Shown here piece after piece: positions 20,605 to 30,728 of a DNA stretch of 64,000 nt. Position numbers and translations under genes: made by a program. This stretch comes from Candidatus Latescibacterota bacterium (lineage in GTDB: Bacteria; Latescibacterota; UBA2968), in NCBI GenBank assembly GCA_965207885.1, contig OZ242311.1, positions 1,792,001-1,856,000 of the forward strand, read 5' to 3'. The notes beneath the pieces are model-generated. The model saw nothing but the letters and a program-made list of their open reading frames with translations, ran no database searches and was not told the origin of the DNA. Each line of letters begins with the position of its first letter. Position 1 is the stretch's first letter.

Positions 20605-23082
20605 ATGCTGAAGAACTATATCGCAGTCTTGGTTCGGTATATGCTGAAAAACAAGCAATATGTTGTATTGAATATCGCGGGACTTGCCATAGGAATGACC
20701 ACTGTGATGCTTATCGCGCTCTTTGTCCAGCATGAGTTTAGTTATGACCGCTCTCACAAAGATTCTCATCTGCTCTACCGGGTCTTACGAGAGACGCGAT
20801 CCGAACAGGGTCAATCCACATACTCAGAGCGACTGTCTGGCGCACTCGGCCTGGTTATTCGGGAAGAAATGCCGGAAGTAAATCAAGTAGTCCGTCTGCA
20901 TCGCCGTGACGCCTGGATAAAATATCAAGACAGGGTGTTTGAGCAGATCTTATGTCTGGCCGATGAAGGGCTTCTGGAGACATTTCACTTTCCCATCCAT
21001 ACCGGAGGGCCAGCCCAGCGAGTGCTCAAGGAACCGGGATCAATCCTGGTAACGCAATCCGCAGCTCAAAGATTCTTTGGAAGCGAGAACCCCATCGGTC
21101 AGGTCCTTTCAGTAGAAAACTACTTATTCGGAGGGGAATACCGTGTGGCAGGTGTTCTGAAGGATATCCCGAATACATCTACGATCTTTTTTGATTTTCT
21201 CGTCTCTCCGGAGAGTCTGAGGAATGAATTCAGATACTGGGACACATGGCTTCCACGGGGAGCCGCTCGCGTTGAGATCTATTTGCGCCTTTCCGAAACC
21301 GCCTCTTTGAAGAGCCTTGAAGCAAAGCTGAATGACGCAATGCTGAGACATATGGGCGAGGAGATTGCGAGGACCAATGCCTATCATCTTCAGCGTGTGA
21401 CCGACATTTATCTGCTTTCGGGAGACCGATTCGGCATTCTCAAACAGACATTCAGCTATATCATCAAGCGGCCGTATGGGAGCCTGGGAACCGTGGAGCA
21501 AGCCTCGCTCATCGGAGTCCTTATTCTCGTCATTGCCGCAATGAATTTCGTGAATCTGTCCACAGCCCTGTCGATCAGCCGAAACAGAGAGGTCGCACTG
21601 CGAAAGGTTGTAGGAGCAACCCGGGGCCAACTGATCAGGCAATTCTTAGGGGAGTCCCTGCTGCTGTCCCTGCTTGCGCTACTGGTCGCCTTTGTTCTAA
21701 CTGTGCTCACGCTACCTATATTCCGATCCTTTATCGACCGACCTCTGTTCATCAGTTCAGGAGACTTCCCCTCGATTGCAGTTTCGTCACTCGGACTGGC
21801 TTTGATTGTCGGCCTTACGGCGGGACTCTATCCGGCCATTTTCCTTTCTGGTTTCCAACCGGCGAGTACCCTCAAGGGCGTCCCTCAGCTTGGATCGAGC
21901 AAAAGAGGCCGACTTCGAAAAGTGCTGGTCATTCTTCAGTTCTCAATATCCAGCATTCTGATTGTGGGCACCCTGGTGATATCCAGCCAGCTATCTTTTA
22001 TCCGCACTCAATTTGGGTTTAATAGAGACCATATTGTCCTGCTGCCAATTTTCCAGGTAGCCGGTAGCGTCGAAGAGCTTGGACCACTCGGGACCCAGTT
22101 AAAGAAACGGTTTCAGACGATAAAGCAGGGCTTCCTCGAGCACCCCAATGTTCTGAAGGCTTCAACGTCGCGATTTTATCTACAGGACTGGTCAGCACAC
22201 TATAAATTCAGAACGCCAGAGATGGCTGAATTTTTGGAGATGCGGACATTTCCAGTGGATGAGGATTTTTTCGATCTGTATGAAATTCCGTTCGTGGATG
22301 GGAAGACGTTTCCAAGGGAGTACACGGCCATCGCACATCGAGAACGAATCAGGACGGGACAAGAGGAGTACTTCATTCTCAACGAAGCCGCCGTAAAGCG
22401 TCTGGGATTGGCCCATCCCGTCGGACAGTCATTTGAATGGGCAGGACGAACGAGAGGAACGATCATCGGCGTTGTGAAAAATTTTCATTTACGCACGCTT
22501 CATGAAGAAATCGAGCCAGCCGTGTTCACAACAGAACACTGGAATATGAAAATCCTGCATCTGAAGATCGCATCAGAAGGTGTGCCCGAAACCCTGGAGT
22601 TCCTCAAAAAAACCTGGCATCGTTTTCTCCCTCAGCGTCCGTTCGACTATGAATTCCTCGATGCGCGTTTGGATTTTTACTATAGAGAAGAAATACGACT
22701 GGGCCAGATCTTCGGTACATTTTCTTTAATCGCCATCTTCGTTGCTTGTTTGGGACTCGTCGGTCTCTCATCCTTCATGATTCAACTTCGAACCCGAGAG
22801 ATCGGCGTACGAAAGGTCCTGGGCGCCTCTGTATCAAACATCGCACTATTGCTCTTCAGCGAGTTTTCGAAGTTGGTCATCGCTTCAAATCTCATTGCTT
22901 TGCCGATCGCATTCTATCTCCTGGGCCGCTGGCTCGAGAGCTTTCCTTACCGGATTCAATTGGGCATAGAGCCATTTCTTTTAAGCGGAATTATTACGAT
23001 CGCCGCTTCTCTCACAACAATCAGTTTCCATGCTTTCAGAGCGGCGACAACCAATCCAATAAACGCATTGCGGACAGAATAG
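20605..23082 (+). CDS. ABC transporter permease, MacB/FtsX family
   Basis: MLKNY start after GGAG; family motifs; ends NPINALRTE. Confidence 0.95.
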   Translation: MLKNYIAVLVRYMLKNKQYVVLNIAGLAIGMTTVMLIALFVQHEFSYDRSHKDSHLLYRVLRETRSEQGQSTYSERLSGALGLVIREEMPEVNQVVRLHRRDAWIKYQDRVFEQILCLADEGLLETFHFPIHTGGPAQRVLKEPGSILVTQSAAQRFFGSENPIGQVLSVENYLFGGEYRVAGVLKDIPNTSTIFFDFLVSPESLRNEFRYWDTWLPRGAARVEIYLRLSETASLKSLEAKLNDAMLRHMGEEIARTNAYHLQRVTDIYLLSGDRFGILKQTFSYIIKRPYGSLGTVEQASLIGVLILVIAAMNFVNLSTALSISRNREVALRKVVGATRGQLIRQFLGESLLLSLLALLVAFVLTVLTLPIFRSFIDRPLFISSGDFPSIAVSSLGLALIVGLTAGLYPAIFLSGFQPASTLKGVPQLGSSKRGRLRKVLVILQFSISSILIVGTLVISSQLSFIRTQFGFNRDHIVLLPIFQVAGSVEELGPLGTQLKKRFQTIKQGFLEHPNVLKASTSRFYLQDWSAHYKFRTPEMAEFLEMRTFPVDEDFFDLYEIPFVDGKTFPREYTAIAHRERIRTGQEEYFILNEAAVKRLGLAHPVGQSFEWAGRTRGTIIGVVKNFHLRTLHEEIEPAVFTTEHWNMKILHLKIASEGVPETLEFLKKTWHRFLPQRPFDYEFLDARLDFYYREEIRLGQIFGTFSLIAIFVACLGLVGLSSFMIQLRTREIGVRKVLGASVSNIALLLFSEFSKLVIASNLIALPIAFYLLGRWLESFPYRIQLGIEPFLLSGIITIAASLTTISFHAFRAATTNPINALRTE

Positions 23083-23096
23083 ATCAGGAGGATGTG

Positions 23097-25457
23097 ATGT
23101 TCAAGAATTACTTCACAACTGCGTTACGTAATTTCTCGCGACAGAAGACGTATTCGCTTATCAACCTGGCGGGGCTTTCTGTTGGGCTGGCCTGTAGTTT
23201 TTTGATCTTTATGTGGATAAAGCATGAGATTACGTATGATCGGTTTCATGAACAGGGCACGCAGCTTTATCGGGTGATGCGTAATTTTCCTACAAATGAC
23301 AAAATCTATACCTGGTCTGCTATTCCCATGCCACTGGCCAACGTTTTAGTAGAAGAATACCCAGAGATTACCCACGCTATTTTAATAACCCGGCAAAAAC
23401 TTCTCCTATCTAAAGACAATCAATTATTTCGAGAAACTGGTATATATGCCAGTTCTTCTTTTTTTCATGTTTTTACATTCCCACTTTTGCAAGGTGATGC
23501 TCGAGCGATATTGGCAGAACCCAATGCCATTGCGATTTCAGAAAAATTGGCTGGTAAATATTTTGGACCAGATTGGGCGAGTCAATCAATTCTCGGACAA
23601 AGTTTAACTGTTGATCATCGCAAAGAATTTACCATTAAAGCAGTATTTAGAGATGTACCGGGCAATTCCTCTCTGCGCTTTGAATTCGTGCTTCCAATGG
23701 AAGATTATGTCGCCGAAAACAAGTGGCTCGAGCATTGGGGCAATAGCAGTTTGCGACTTTATGTGAAACTGCGAGAGGATACTGTCCTGGAAGATGTAAA
23801 CGCAAAGATCGAGAACGTACTCTTAGACCATTACAAAGGGACAACTGCCACGATTTTTTTGCAGCCCTTGTTGAATATGCACCTGTATTCTAAGTTTGAA
23901 AATGGCAAGTCAGTTGGGGGACGTATTGAGTATGTGCATATGTTTACATTTGTTGCACTGTTTATTTTATGCATTGCCTGTATTAATTTTATGAATTTGG
24001 CTACGGCGCGATCTACTCAGCGCGCACGAGAGATTGGCGTTCGCAAAACCATAGGAGCCAGTAAGCGGGAACTCATAGGTCAATTTATGGGCGAGTCGAT
24101 GTTGATAACGGTTTTTGCCTCAATTTTGGCTTTAGGTTTGGTTGAAATTTTCTTGCCCGCATTTAATAGTCTGACAGACCAAGAACTTGTACTTGATTGG
24201 TTAGATATACACATTTTGCCGGTTTTTTTGGGTATTACATTAGTAACAGGTCTAATCTCAGGGAGCTATCCGGCGTTTTATTTGTCGGGTTTTAACCCAA
24301 TCGGCATATTGCGAGGTTCGTCAAAATCGGGATCGGGTGCTACTTTTTTTCGGCGAAGCCTTGTAATTTTTCAGTTTGTATTGGCGATTTTGATGATTAT
24401 TGGCACACTGACGATTTATGAGCAGATACATTATATCCTCAGCAAAAATCTGGGACTGGACCGTAAGAATGTGGTGTCTATTGCTTTGGAAGGACCAATA
24501 AAGCAACAATTAGAAACAGTTAAGCAAGAACTTCTGCGCCAGCCCGGCATTCAAAGCGTGGCAGCATCCAGCCAAAATCCACTATCCGTTAGCCATTCCA
24601 CAAGCGATCCCAAATGGAATGGAAAAGACCCAGAGTCCCAAATTGTATTTCACATTATCAACGCCGATTTTGATTTTTTTGAAACTATGAAAATGAAAGT
24701 GGTACAAGGCAGAGCATTTTCTGAGGCGGTTGCAACCGATTCCTCAAATTATGTTGTAAACGAACAAATGGCACATGTGATGGGAATAGACAATCCGATT
24801 GGCGAAACGCTGAAATTTTGGGGTGATGAAGGTGAGATAATTGGCGTGGTTGAAGATTTCCATTTTCGTTCGATACATACGTCTATTGAGCCGCTGATTA
24901 TTCGCATTGATCCAGCCTCTTGCAACAAGCTTTATATACGCACCAGCGCAGGGCAAACAGCCGAGGCATTGGCAAATTTGGAAAAGGTTTTCAAAAAATT
25001 CAACCCCAACTATCCACTTGAATATCGATTTATGGATGGGGACTTTGAGCGAATGTATAGCAGAGAAAAAATGCTGGGACAATTGACCACCACTTTTGCT
25101 GCCTTGGCAATTTTTATTTCTTGTTTGGGATTGTTTGGTTTGGCGTCTTTTACAGCGGAACAGCGCACCAAAGAGATTGGAATTAGAAAGATATTGGGTG
25201 CTTCCGTTACCAATTTGATCTTACTGCTGTCCAGAGAGTTTATCAAGTTGGTGGTGATTGCGTTTGTATTGGCCATACCTTTAGCCTATTACTTTATGAC
25301 AATGTGGCTAAACGCGTTTGCCTATCGCATCAATATAGGGTTAGAAGTCTTTGTTTTTGCAGGTGGGGCATCATTTATTATTGCCTGGTTGACTGTGAGC
25401 TATCAAGCGCTCAAAGTGGCCTCTGCCAATCCTGTCGATGCCCTACGCAATGAATGA
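23097..25457 (+). CDS. ABC transporter permease, MacB/FtsX family
   Basis: True start MFKNYF at 23097 after AGGAGG; GGRIEYV, REIGVRKTIGA, NPVDALRNE. Confidence 0.95.
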   Translation: MFKNYFTTALRNFSRQKTYSLINLAGLSVGLACSFLIFMWIKHEITYDRFHEQGTQLYRVMRNFPTNDKIYTWSAIPMPLANVLVEEYPEITHAILITRQKLLLSKDNQLFRETGIYASSSFFHVFTFPLLQGDARAILAEPNAIAISEKLAGKYFGPDWASQSILGQSLTVDHRKEFTIKAVFRDVPGNSSLRFEFVLPMEDYVAENKWLEHWGNSSLRLYVKLREDTVLEDVNAKIENVLLDHYKGTTATIFLQPLLNMHLYSKFENGKSVGGRIEYVHMFTFVALFILCIACINFMNLATARSTQRAREIGVRKTIGASKRELIGQFMGESMLITVFASILALGLVEIFLPAFNSLTDQELVLDWLDIHILPVFLGITLVTGLISGSYPAFYLSGFNPIGILRGSSKSGSGATFFRRSLVIFQFVLAILMIIGTLTIYEQIHYILSKNLGLDRKNVVSIALEGPIKQQLETVKQELLRQPGIQSVAASSQNPLSVSHSTSDPKWNGKDPESQIVFHIINADFDFFETMKMKVVQGRAFSEAVATDSSNYVVNEQMAHVMGIDNPIGETLKFWGDEGEIIGVVEDFHFRSIHTSIEPLIIRIDPASCNKLYIRTSAGQTAEALANLEKVFKKFNPNYPLEYRFMDGDFERMYSREKMLGQLTTTFAALAIFISCLGLFGLASFTAEQRTKEIGIRKILGASVTNLILLLSREFIKLVVIAFVLAIPLAYYFMTMWLNAFAYRINIGLEVFVFAGGASFIIAWLTVSYQALKVASANPVDALRNE

Positions 25458-26302
25458 AGGCTGAAAGGGCTATTTACCACATGGACAATATTCTACCTGA
25501 AGCAGATCCCAAACTAATCTCGTACGCTACGGAGAACAATCTATACGATTTATACGCGAAAATAGGAAAACTGGACAAAGGGGAGTTATTCGTACAAGAA
25601 GACTTTTCGTGGGTTATTGCCAGACCTCATTGGCCTAACTTCATCTTCAGACCTCAATTTAAACCCCAGCGCATATCTCTTCGCCTTTCACAGATTATCA
25701 GAAAAATTAAGGACTTAGACGCACCACCGGTCATACAAGTAGGCGATCAGGCAAAACCTACTGATTTGGATGCGTGTCTAAAAAGAAACGGCTTCCAGAT
25801 GCTGGTTGAGAGATCTCGTATGGCTCTTGATCTAAAAGCAAAGCACCTTAGCTCTAAAACGCCAAATAAGCTGGATATTTTTGAAATAAAGAACCAGGAA
25901 GATTTTGGAATATGGATTGATGTAGCGTTAAAATCGTTCAATTCCTACTTAGGTATATTTGGTTCCTTATTGAATGGGGAAAAAGTGAGATTTTATTCTG
26001 GTATGCATAATGGCCAGGTGGTAGCTACGTCTATGATCTTCTTATCCTCGGGTGTAGCAGGGATCTATTTTGTATCTGTCATTCCAGAATTGAGAAATCG
26101 TGGTATGGGCAAAGAGATGATGTTAAGATGCATATACGACGCGCAAGAATTGGGATACAATTATTGCATCTTGCAAGCAACTGACATAGGTGAGCACTTA
26201 TACAGAAGTCTGGGATTTAAGCTCTGTGGCACATTAAAATACTTTTTCTTTCCCGATGTGAGCGTACAAGCATTTTTACAAAATAACAGACAATGCGCCT
26301 GA
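25454..26302 (+). CDS. GNAT family N-acetyltransferase
   Basis: VAGIYFVSVIPELRNRGMGK, LQAT...LYRSLGF; ATGA overlap with the upstream stop. Confidence 0.85.
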   Translation: MKAERAIYHMDNILPEADPKLISYATENNLYDLYAKIGKLDKGELFVQEDFSWVIARPHWPNFIFRPQFKPQRISLRLSQIIRKIKDLDAPPVIQVGDQAKPTDLDACLKRNGFQMLVERSRMALDLKAKHLSSKTPNKLDIFEIKNQEDFGIWIDVALKSFNSYLGIFGSLLNGEKVRFYSGMHNGQVVATSMIFLSSGVAGIYFVSVIPELRNRGMGKEMMLRCIYDAQELGYNYCILQATDIGEHLYRSLGFKLCGTLKYFFFPDVSVQAFLQNNRQCA

Positions 26303-26324
26303 CTTTGTTCACGGAAGAACACCA

Positions 26325-27225
26325 ATGCTCAAAAACTATTTAACAATCGCCATCCGAATCCTGTTTCGGTACAAGGGATATTCGCTCATCAATAGAATGG
26401 CGATTTGGAGAATTTGACATAGACGAATCGTATGTTGACTTTTTTGGGGTAGATGTCGTTCAAGGCCGGAATTTATTCACAGGAGATCGCTATCAAGACA
26501 GGGATTCACCAGTCAAATATTTGCTGAATGAAACCGCCGTAAAAATGATAGGCTGGGACCAACCTGTCGGCAAGCGATTTGGCCGTGCAGGCAGAATAGA
26601 CGGTGTAATTGTGGGCGTAATCGGTGACTTTCATTTGGGTAGCCTGCATCATCAAATCCCTCCCCTGGTCTTCCGACAGGGTTCGATAAAATTTTTGTAT
26701 CTCAAAATTGCCCCTCAAAATATGCCAGAAACCCTTCAATTTATCGGACAAATGTGGAAGGAACTACTACCCGAACGGCCTTTTACCTATGCATTTTTAG
26801 ACGAAAAACTGGACCGCACAAACTATGAAAAAGAAATTCAGCTGAGTCAGGTTTTCAGTGCATTCTCTGCATTGGCCATTCTCATCTCTTGTTTGGGGCT
26901 ACTTGGCCTGGTCTCATTCATGGTTGAGCGACGCACAAAAGAAATCGGAATTCGAAAGGTAGTAGGTGCATCAGAGTACGATATTTTGCGACTATTCTTA
27001 AAAGAATTTTTGTTCCTAGTCGTTATATCAAATGCGATTGCTCTCCCCATCGCCTACTGGGGCATTCACCAATGGTTAGAATCATTTGCCTATCGAACAC
27101 AGGCGGAAATCACTCTATTTGCAGGCACGGGATTGTTAACCCTGTTCATTACCGGGATCACCGTGGGATTTCTCATCTTAAAAAATGCGCGCAGAAATCC
27201 GGTTGACGCGCTGCGTTATGAATGA
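26325..27225 (+). pseudogene. MacB/FtsX permease with large out-of-frame internal deletion
   Basis: MLKNYLTIAIRILFRYKGYSLIN (26325-26393) joins directly, in another frame, to the second periplasmic domain (EWRFGEFDIDESYVDFFG...LNETAVK) through to NPVDALRYE. Confidence 0.9.
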
Positions 27226-27282
27226 ACGGAGAGACAAAGACTTCGAGAGCATTTTTTCTCACCTGCTTGACCAATAAAAATT

Positions 27283-27891
27283 ATGCGTGATGTACATCCC
27301 AACACAAGAGTAATTCTCATTGGAGGCTCATCCCACTCCGGAAAGTCGGCCCTGTCCGAGTCGATAGCTGCAAACCTGGGATGGAACCGAATCTCCACAG
27401 ACACACTTGCCCGTCATCCCGGCCGGCCGTGGAGACCCGAACCAGAGAAGGTACCTGACCATGTGGCGGAACACTATCTCTCCCTATCAGTTGACGAATT
27501 AATCAAAGATGTACTCCACCACTACAGGATCAATGTATGGCCAAAAATTGAGGAAATTGTCGCGTCTCATATCAAAGACCCTTCTCTGACTGGATTAGTC
27601 GTAGAAGGATCAGCACTATGGCCCGAACTTGTAGCAACCCTGAACTCCGACAATATCGCTGCATTATGGCTTACAGCGAGTAAGGCGGTTTTTCGGCAGA
27701 GGATTCACAATGAAAGCCAGTATCATTTGAAGTCACTTCGGAAACGAAGGATGATCGATAAGTTTCTGCAACGCACACTCGTCTATAATGCACAGATGAT
27801 CGAGGTAGCCAACCGGCAGGGGTTCATTCTCGTAGATGTTCAGCAATCTAATTTAGCAGAGCTAACCCAAAGGTGCTTATCGATACTCTGA
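27283..27891 (+). CDS. P-loop kinase-like protein
   Basis: VILIGGSSHSGKS Walker A, ISTD, VVEG. Confidence 0.8.
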   Translation: MRDVHPNTRVILIGGSSHSGKSALSESIAANLGWNRISTDTLARHPGRPWRPEPEKVPDHVAEHYLSLSVDELIKDVLHHYRINVWPKIEEIVASHIKDPSLTGLVVEGSALWPELVATLNSDNIAALWLTASKAVFRQRIHNESQYHLKSLRKRRMIDKFLQRTLVYNAQMIEVANRQGFILVDVQQSNLAELTQRCLSIL

Positions 27892-27893
27892 AG

Positions 27894-27930
27894 TTCCCGC
27901 TGAATAGGCTATTTAGCGGGAATCTTTTAT
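27894..27930 (+). terminator. Rho-independent terminator
   Basis: Stem TTCCCGCTGAATA / TATTTAGCGGGAA followed by a T-rich tail. Confidence 0.7.
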
Positions 27931-27979
27931 TATTGAGAAATTTGTCGGCTAACATCTCAACAAACAAAAGGAACAGAAA

Positions 27980-28066
27980 ATGATTTTAGAAGTTGCAATA
28001 TTGGACATGAAATCAGGGTGTGAAAAGGAATTTGAAGCAGCTTTTGGCGAGGCGCAAAAAATTATA
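27980..28066 (+). pseudogene. 5' stub of an antibiotic biosynthesis monooxygenase (ABM) gene
   Basis: AAGGA RBS plus MILEVAILDMKSGCEKEFEAAFGEAQKII, then similarity stops at the RBS of the ankyrin gene. Confidence 0.7.
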
Positions 28067-28085
28067 TTGCGTAAGGAGAAAGATC

Positions 28086-29330
28086 ATGTATTCAAGATTC
28101 ATCCTGAGAACTCTGGGAAGTTTTTCAATTCTCTTTTTTTGTAATACACAAAATATAATGGGGAATGAGTTGAATATCGCGGCAGAGATGGGAGATAGCA
28201 CCAAAGTAAAAAACTTACTAAAAAAAGGCGTAGATATAAATGAACGAGATAACTTCGGACGAACAGCCCTCATCTATGCGGCTCTGAATGGTCATAATCG
28301 CATCACAAACATGCTACTTGAATCTCATGCTGATATTCATGCCAAAGATCATTTCGACCAAACAGCATTCATTGCAGCAGTCAATAGAGGACATGTGAAC
28401 ACCGCGGAAATTTTGCTAAAAAATGGGGCTAATTCATCGGCTCCCAATAGTGAGGGTGTACCTCCTGTACTTATAGCCCTGGGACGGGAAGACTTCGAAA
28501 TGGTAGATTTATTATTAAAATATGGAATCGAAATCAATAGCATAGACGAAAGAGGCAGGACAGTTCTTCAGAGAATTATTGAATCAAATGACACAGAACT
28601 CGTGCAAACAGTTTTGAGACGCGGTGTAGATGAGAGATATATCCTACATCTGGCTGCTGGCGTGGGTGACACAACATTATTAAAGACAGTGTTAAAAAAT
28701 AAAATAGATATTAACAAAAGGGATGCATTGGGAAGAACGCCATTGCTATTTGCGCTATTATATGACCGCACGCAATGTGCTAAAATGCTATTGGACCAGG
28801 GTGCAGACTTTTCGCTTAGCGAAATCAATATTACATACGAAAATGAAAGAACAGTTCTTCAGAAGATTATTGAATCAAATGACACAGAACTCGTGCAAAC
28901 AGTTTTGAGACGCGGTGTAGATGAGAGATATATCCTACATCTGGCTGCTGGTGTGGGCGACACAACATTGCTAAAGACAGTGTTAAAAAATAAAATAAAT
29001 ATTAACAAAAGAGATACATTGGGAAGAACCCCATTGCTATTCGCGCTATTATATGACCACACGCAATGTGCTGAAATGCTATTGGACCAGGGCGCAGACT
29101 ACTTTTCGCTTGCCAATGATCAGGGCAAAACCCTACTCATGGTAGCTGCCGAACGAAGAAATATCGAAGGCCTGAAACTCCTTCTGCGTGCAGGAGCAAA
29201 TATATTCGCACAAGATAATCGGGGTTGGACTGCTTTAACATACGCGGCATTTGGTAATCGTAATAGACAGAACCGGGATAAGTGCTTAAAACTTCTTAAA
29301 TCCGTTATGGAGGACAGAAGGATTAGATAG
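28086..29330 (+). CDS. Ankyrin repeat protein
   Basis: Repeated G-R-T-[AP]-L-x-x-A...LL-x-x-GAD units; AAGGAG RBS before ATG 28086; hydrophobic N-terminus. Confidence 0.95.
   Translation: MYSRFILRTLGSFSILFFCNTQNIMGNELNIAAEMGDSTKVKNLLKKGVDINERDNFGRTALIYAALNGHNRITNMLLESHADIHAKDHFDQTAFIAAVNRGHVNTAEILLKNGANSSAPNSEGVPPVLIALGREDFEMVDLLLKYGIEINSIDERGRTVLQRIIESNDTELVQTVLRRGVDERYILHLAAGVGDTTLLKTVLKNKIDINKRDALGRTPLLFALLYDRTQCAKMLLDQGADFSLSEINITYENERTVLQKIIESNDTELVQTVLRRGVDERYILHLAAGVGDTTLLKTVLKNKININKRDTLGRTPLLFALLYDHTQCAEMLLDQGADYFSLANDQGKTLLMVAAERRNIEGLKLLLRAGANIFAQDNRGWTALTYAAFGNRNRQNRDKCLKLLKSVMEDRRIR
28530..29111 (+). repeat. Near-identical in-frame tandem duplication, 291-bp period
   Basis: ACAGTTCTTCAGA...GAATCAAATGACACAGAACTCGTGC... 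occurs at 28560 and 28851. Confidence 0.9.
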
Positions 29331-29366
29331 GAGAACTTATCCAGATATGTGCAATGGTGGAGATCA

Positions 29367-29441
29367 ATGACTGACATATCAAACCAGATAATGATAAGAA
29401 CCATCACATCAGAGGACCTGGAAGATTGCGCGCGTCTATAC
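29367..29441 (+). pseudogene. 5' stub of a probable GNAT gene
   Basis: GGAG RBS plus MTDISNQIMIRTITSEDLEDCARLY; cut exactly at the miniature element. Confidence 0.55.
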
Positions 29442-29585
29442 GTCAACCACCACCTGCAGAGCAGGTGGATTGTCCCTGCCACACCCCCAGGTGCTTGACC
29501 CACCTGTTGGAGGCAATGCAACACATCCGAGCAAGGGCTTTGTTTGTAGCCGCTCACTGCGTGGCGAGACTTCAGGGTAGTTGAC
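29442..29585. mobile_element. Non-autonomous IS200/IS605-like miniature element (144 bp)
   Basis: Ends GTCAACCACC... and ...GGTAGTTGAC; subterminal hairpin CCACCTGC-AGA-GCAGGTGG; no target duplication; no ORF. Confidence 0.6.
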
Positions 29586-29928
29586 AGCAGCGGATTGCTA
29601 CCGCAGGTTTGGGAGGTCAGTCCCCTAACTATACCCATCGGATTGATGACAACACAATGCAATCCATACCGCTTTTGTCATCAATCCGCCTCTCCACTAA
29701 CGTCGCCAGAGAGGATTTTTTGTGCTATCCCACATCGAAACCGTTTGCTCTCAAAGAGAGTGCCTTTATGTGGGCTGTGATAGCACCTGCAAAATATACT
29801 CACAAAACGGCTTAACGGCAAAGCCAACTATCTCTGACCACGCCCAAAGGATGTGGCCTCCTAAAGGAAAGTGAAGGTTTTCTCCGAATGGCCGTACGAG
29901 GAATAGTCTTAATAACACAGCAATCGCC

Positions 29929-30420
29929 ATGCAAACCGAGAATATCAAACATCACCTTGATGCCATTGACACATTATCAGAGGCGCAATTTGAACTGTGG
30001 GGACCTCTTACAGGTCGAAACACGCTGGCGGAATATCGCGAGTTACTCCACCTCGCAGCCAAATCCGAGAGCCTGCCCACCACGCTCGTTGCCGTAGAAA
30101 ACGCAACCGTCCTCGGCTCCGTAAACATACTCGAAAACGATCTGCCACTCCGTCCTGGTCTTGCACCCTGGTTAGCGCAATTATTTGTATTTCCGGATTT
30201 TCGACGCCGGGGTGCAGGCGCATTGTTAATTGCGGGTGCGATTGCAGAGGCCCGAAAGCTGAACAGATCAATACTCTATTTGTACACGTCTGGAACGCTA
30301 CCGGATTATTACGAGCGACTTGGATGGTCTCGCCTGGAGGAAATCGCGTACCTGGGCAAGCTCAGAGTAATAATGGCTTACGAAATCGATTTAAGGACAG
30401 ACGCGATTATTGCGAAATAG
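29929..30420 (+). CDS. GNAT family N-acetyltransferase
   Basis: PWLAQLFVFPDFRRRGAG, LYLYT, YYERLGW. Confidence 0.9.
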   Translation: MQTENIKHHLDAIDTLSEAQFELWGPLTGRNTLAEYRELLHLAAKSESLPTTLVAVENATVLGSVNILENDLPLRPGLAPWLAQLFVFPDFRRRGAGALLIAGAIAEARKLNRSILYLYTSGTLPDYYERLGWSRLEEIAYLGKLRVIMAYEIDLRTDAIIAK

Positions 30421-30545
30421 ATGAGGGGATGGCTTCTTGTTTCATGGGCAATTCAAGGCAGATGTTGAACACCGTTATATGATTGTCTTTTGAGAAATTT
30501 AATCTATATTTCTTTATACAAGCAATGGGATCCTGGAGAAAGCAC

Positions 30546-30728
30546 ATGATAGAAAAAGTCGTTCGAAAACGAAACCTGACAACGCATTCCCAGGCAAAAG
30601 AAGATCTGGCCTACTGGCTCAGTCGGCCCGCAGAAGAGCGGGTTTTGGCCGTAGAATATCTCAGGCGACAACACCATGGAAGTACAGGAAGACTTCAAAG
30701 AGTTGCTCGCGTTATTAAACGCGCATGA
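30546..30728 (+). CDS. Small conserved protein overlapping a nucleotidyltransferase gene
   Basis: GGAG RBS; DLAYWLSRPAEERVLAVEYLR, a type commonly seen upstream of minimal nucleotidyltransferases. Confidence 0.7.
   Translation: MIEKVVRKRNLTTHSQAKEDLAYWLSRPAEERVLAVEYLRRQHHGSTGRLQRVARVIKRA

Noticed and set aside
22746-23096. N-terminal extension of the 903-aa ORF
   Set aside because: Overlaps the previous permease; the family start MFKNY with a strong RBS is at 23097.
28530-29111. DGR template/variable repeat
   Set aside because: Both copies lie in frame within one gene, differences are not adenine-specific, and there is no reverse transcriptase.
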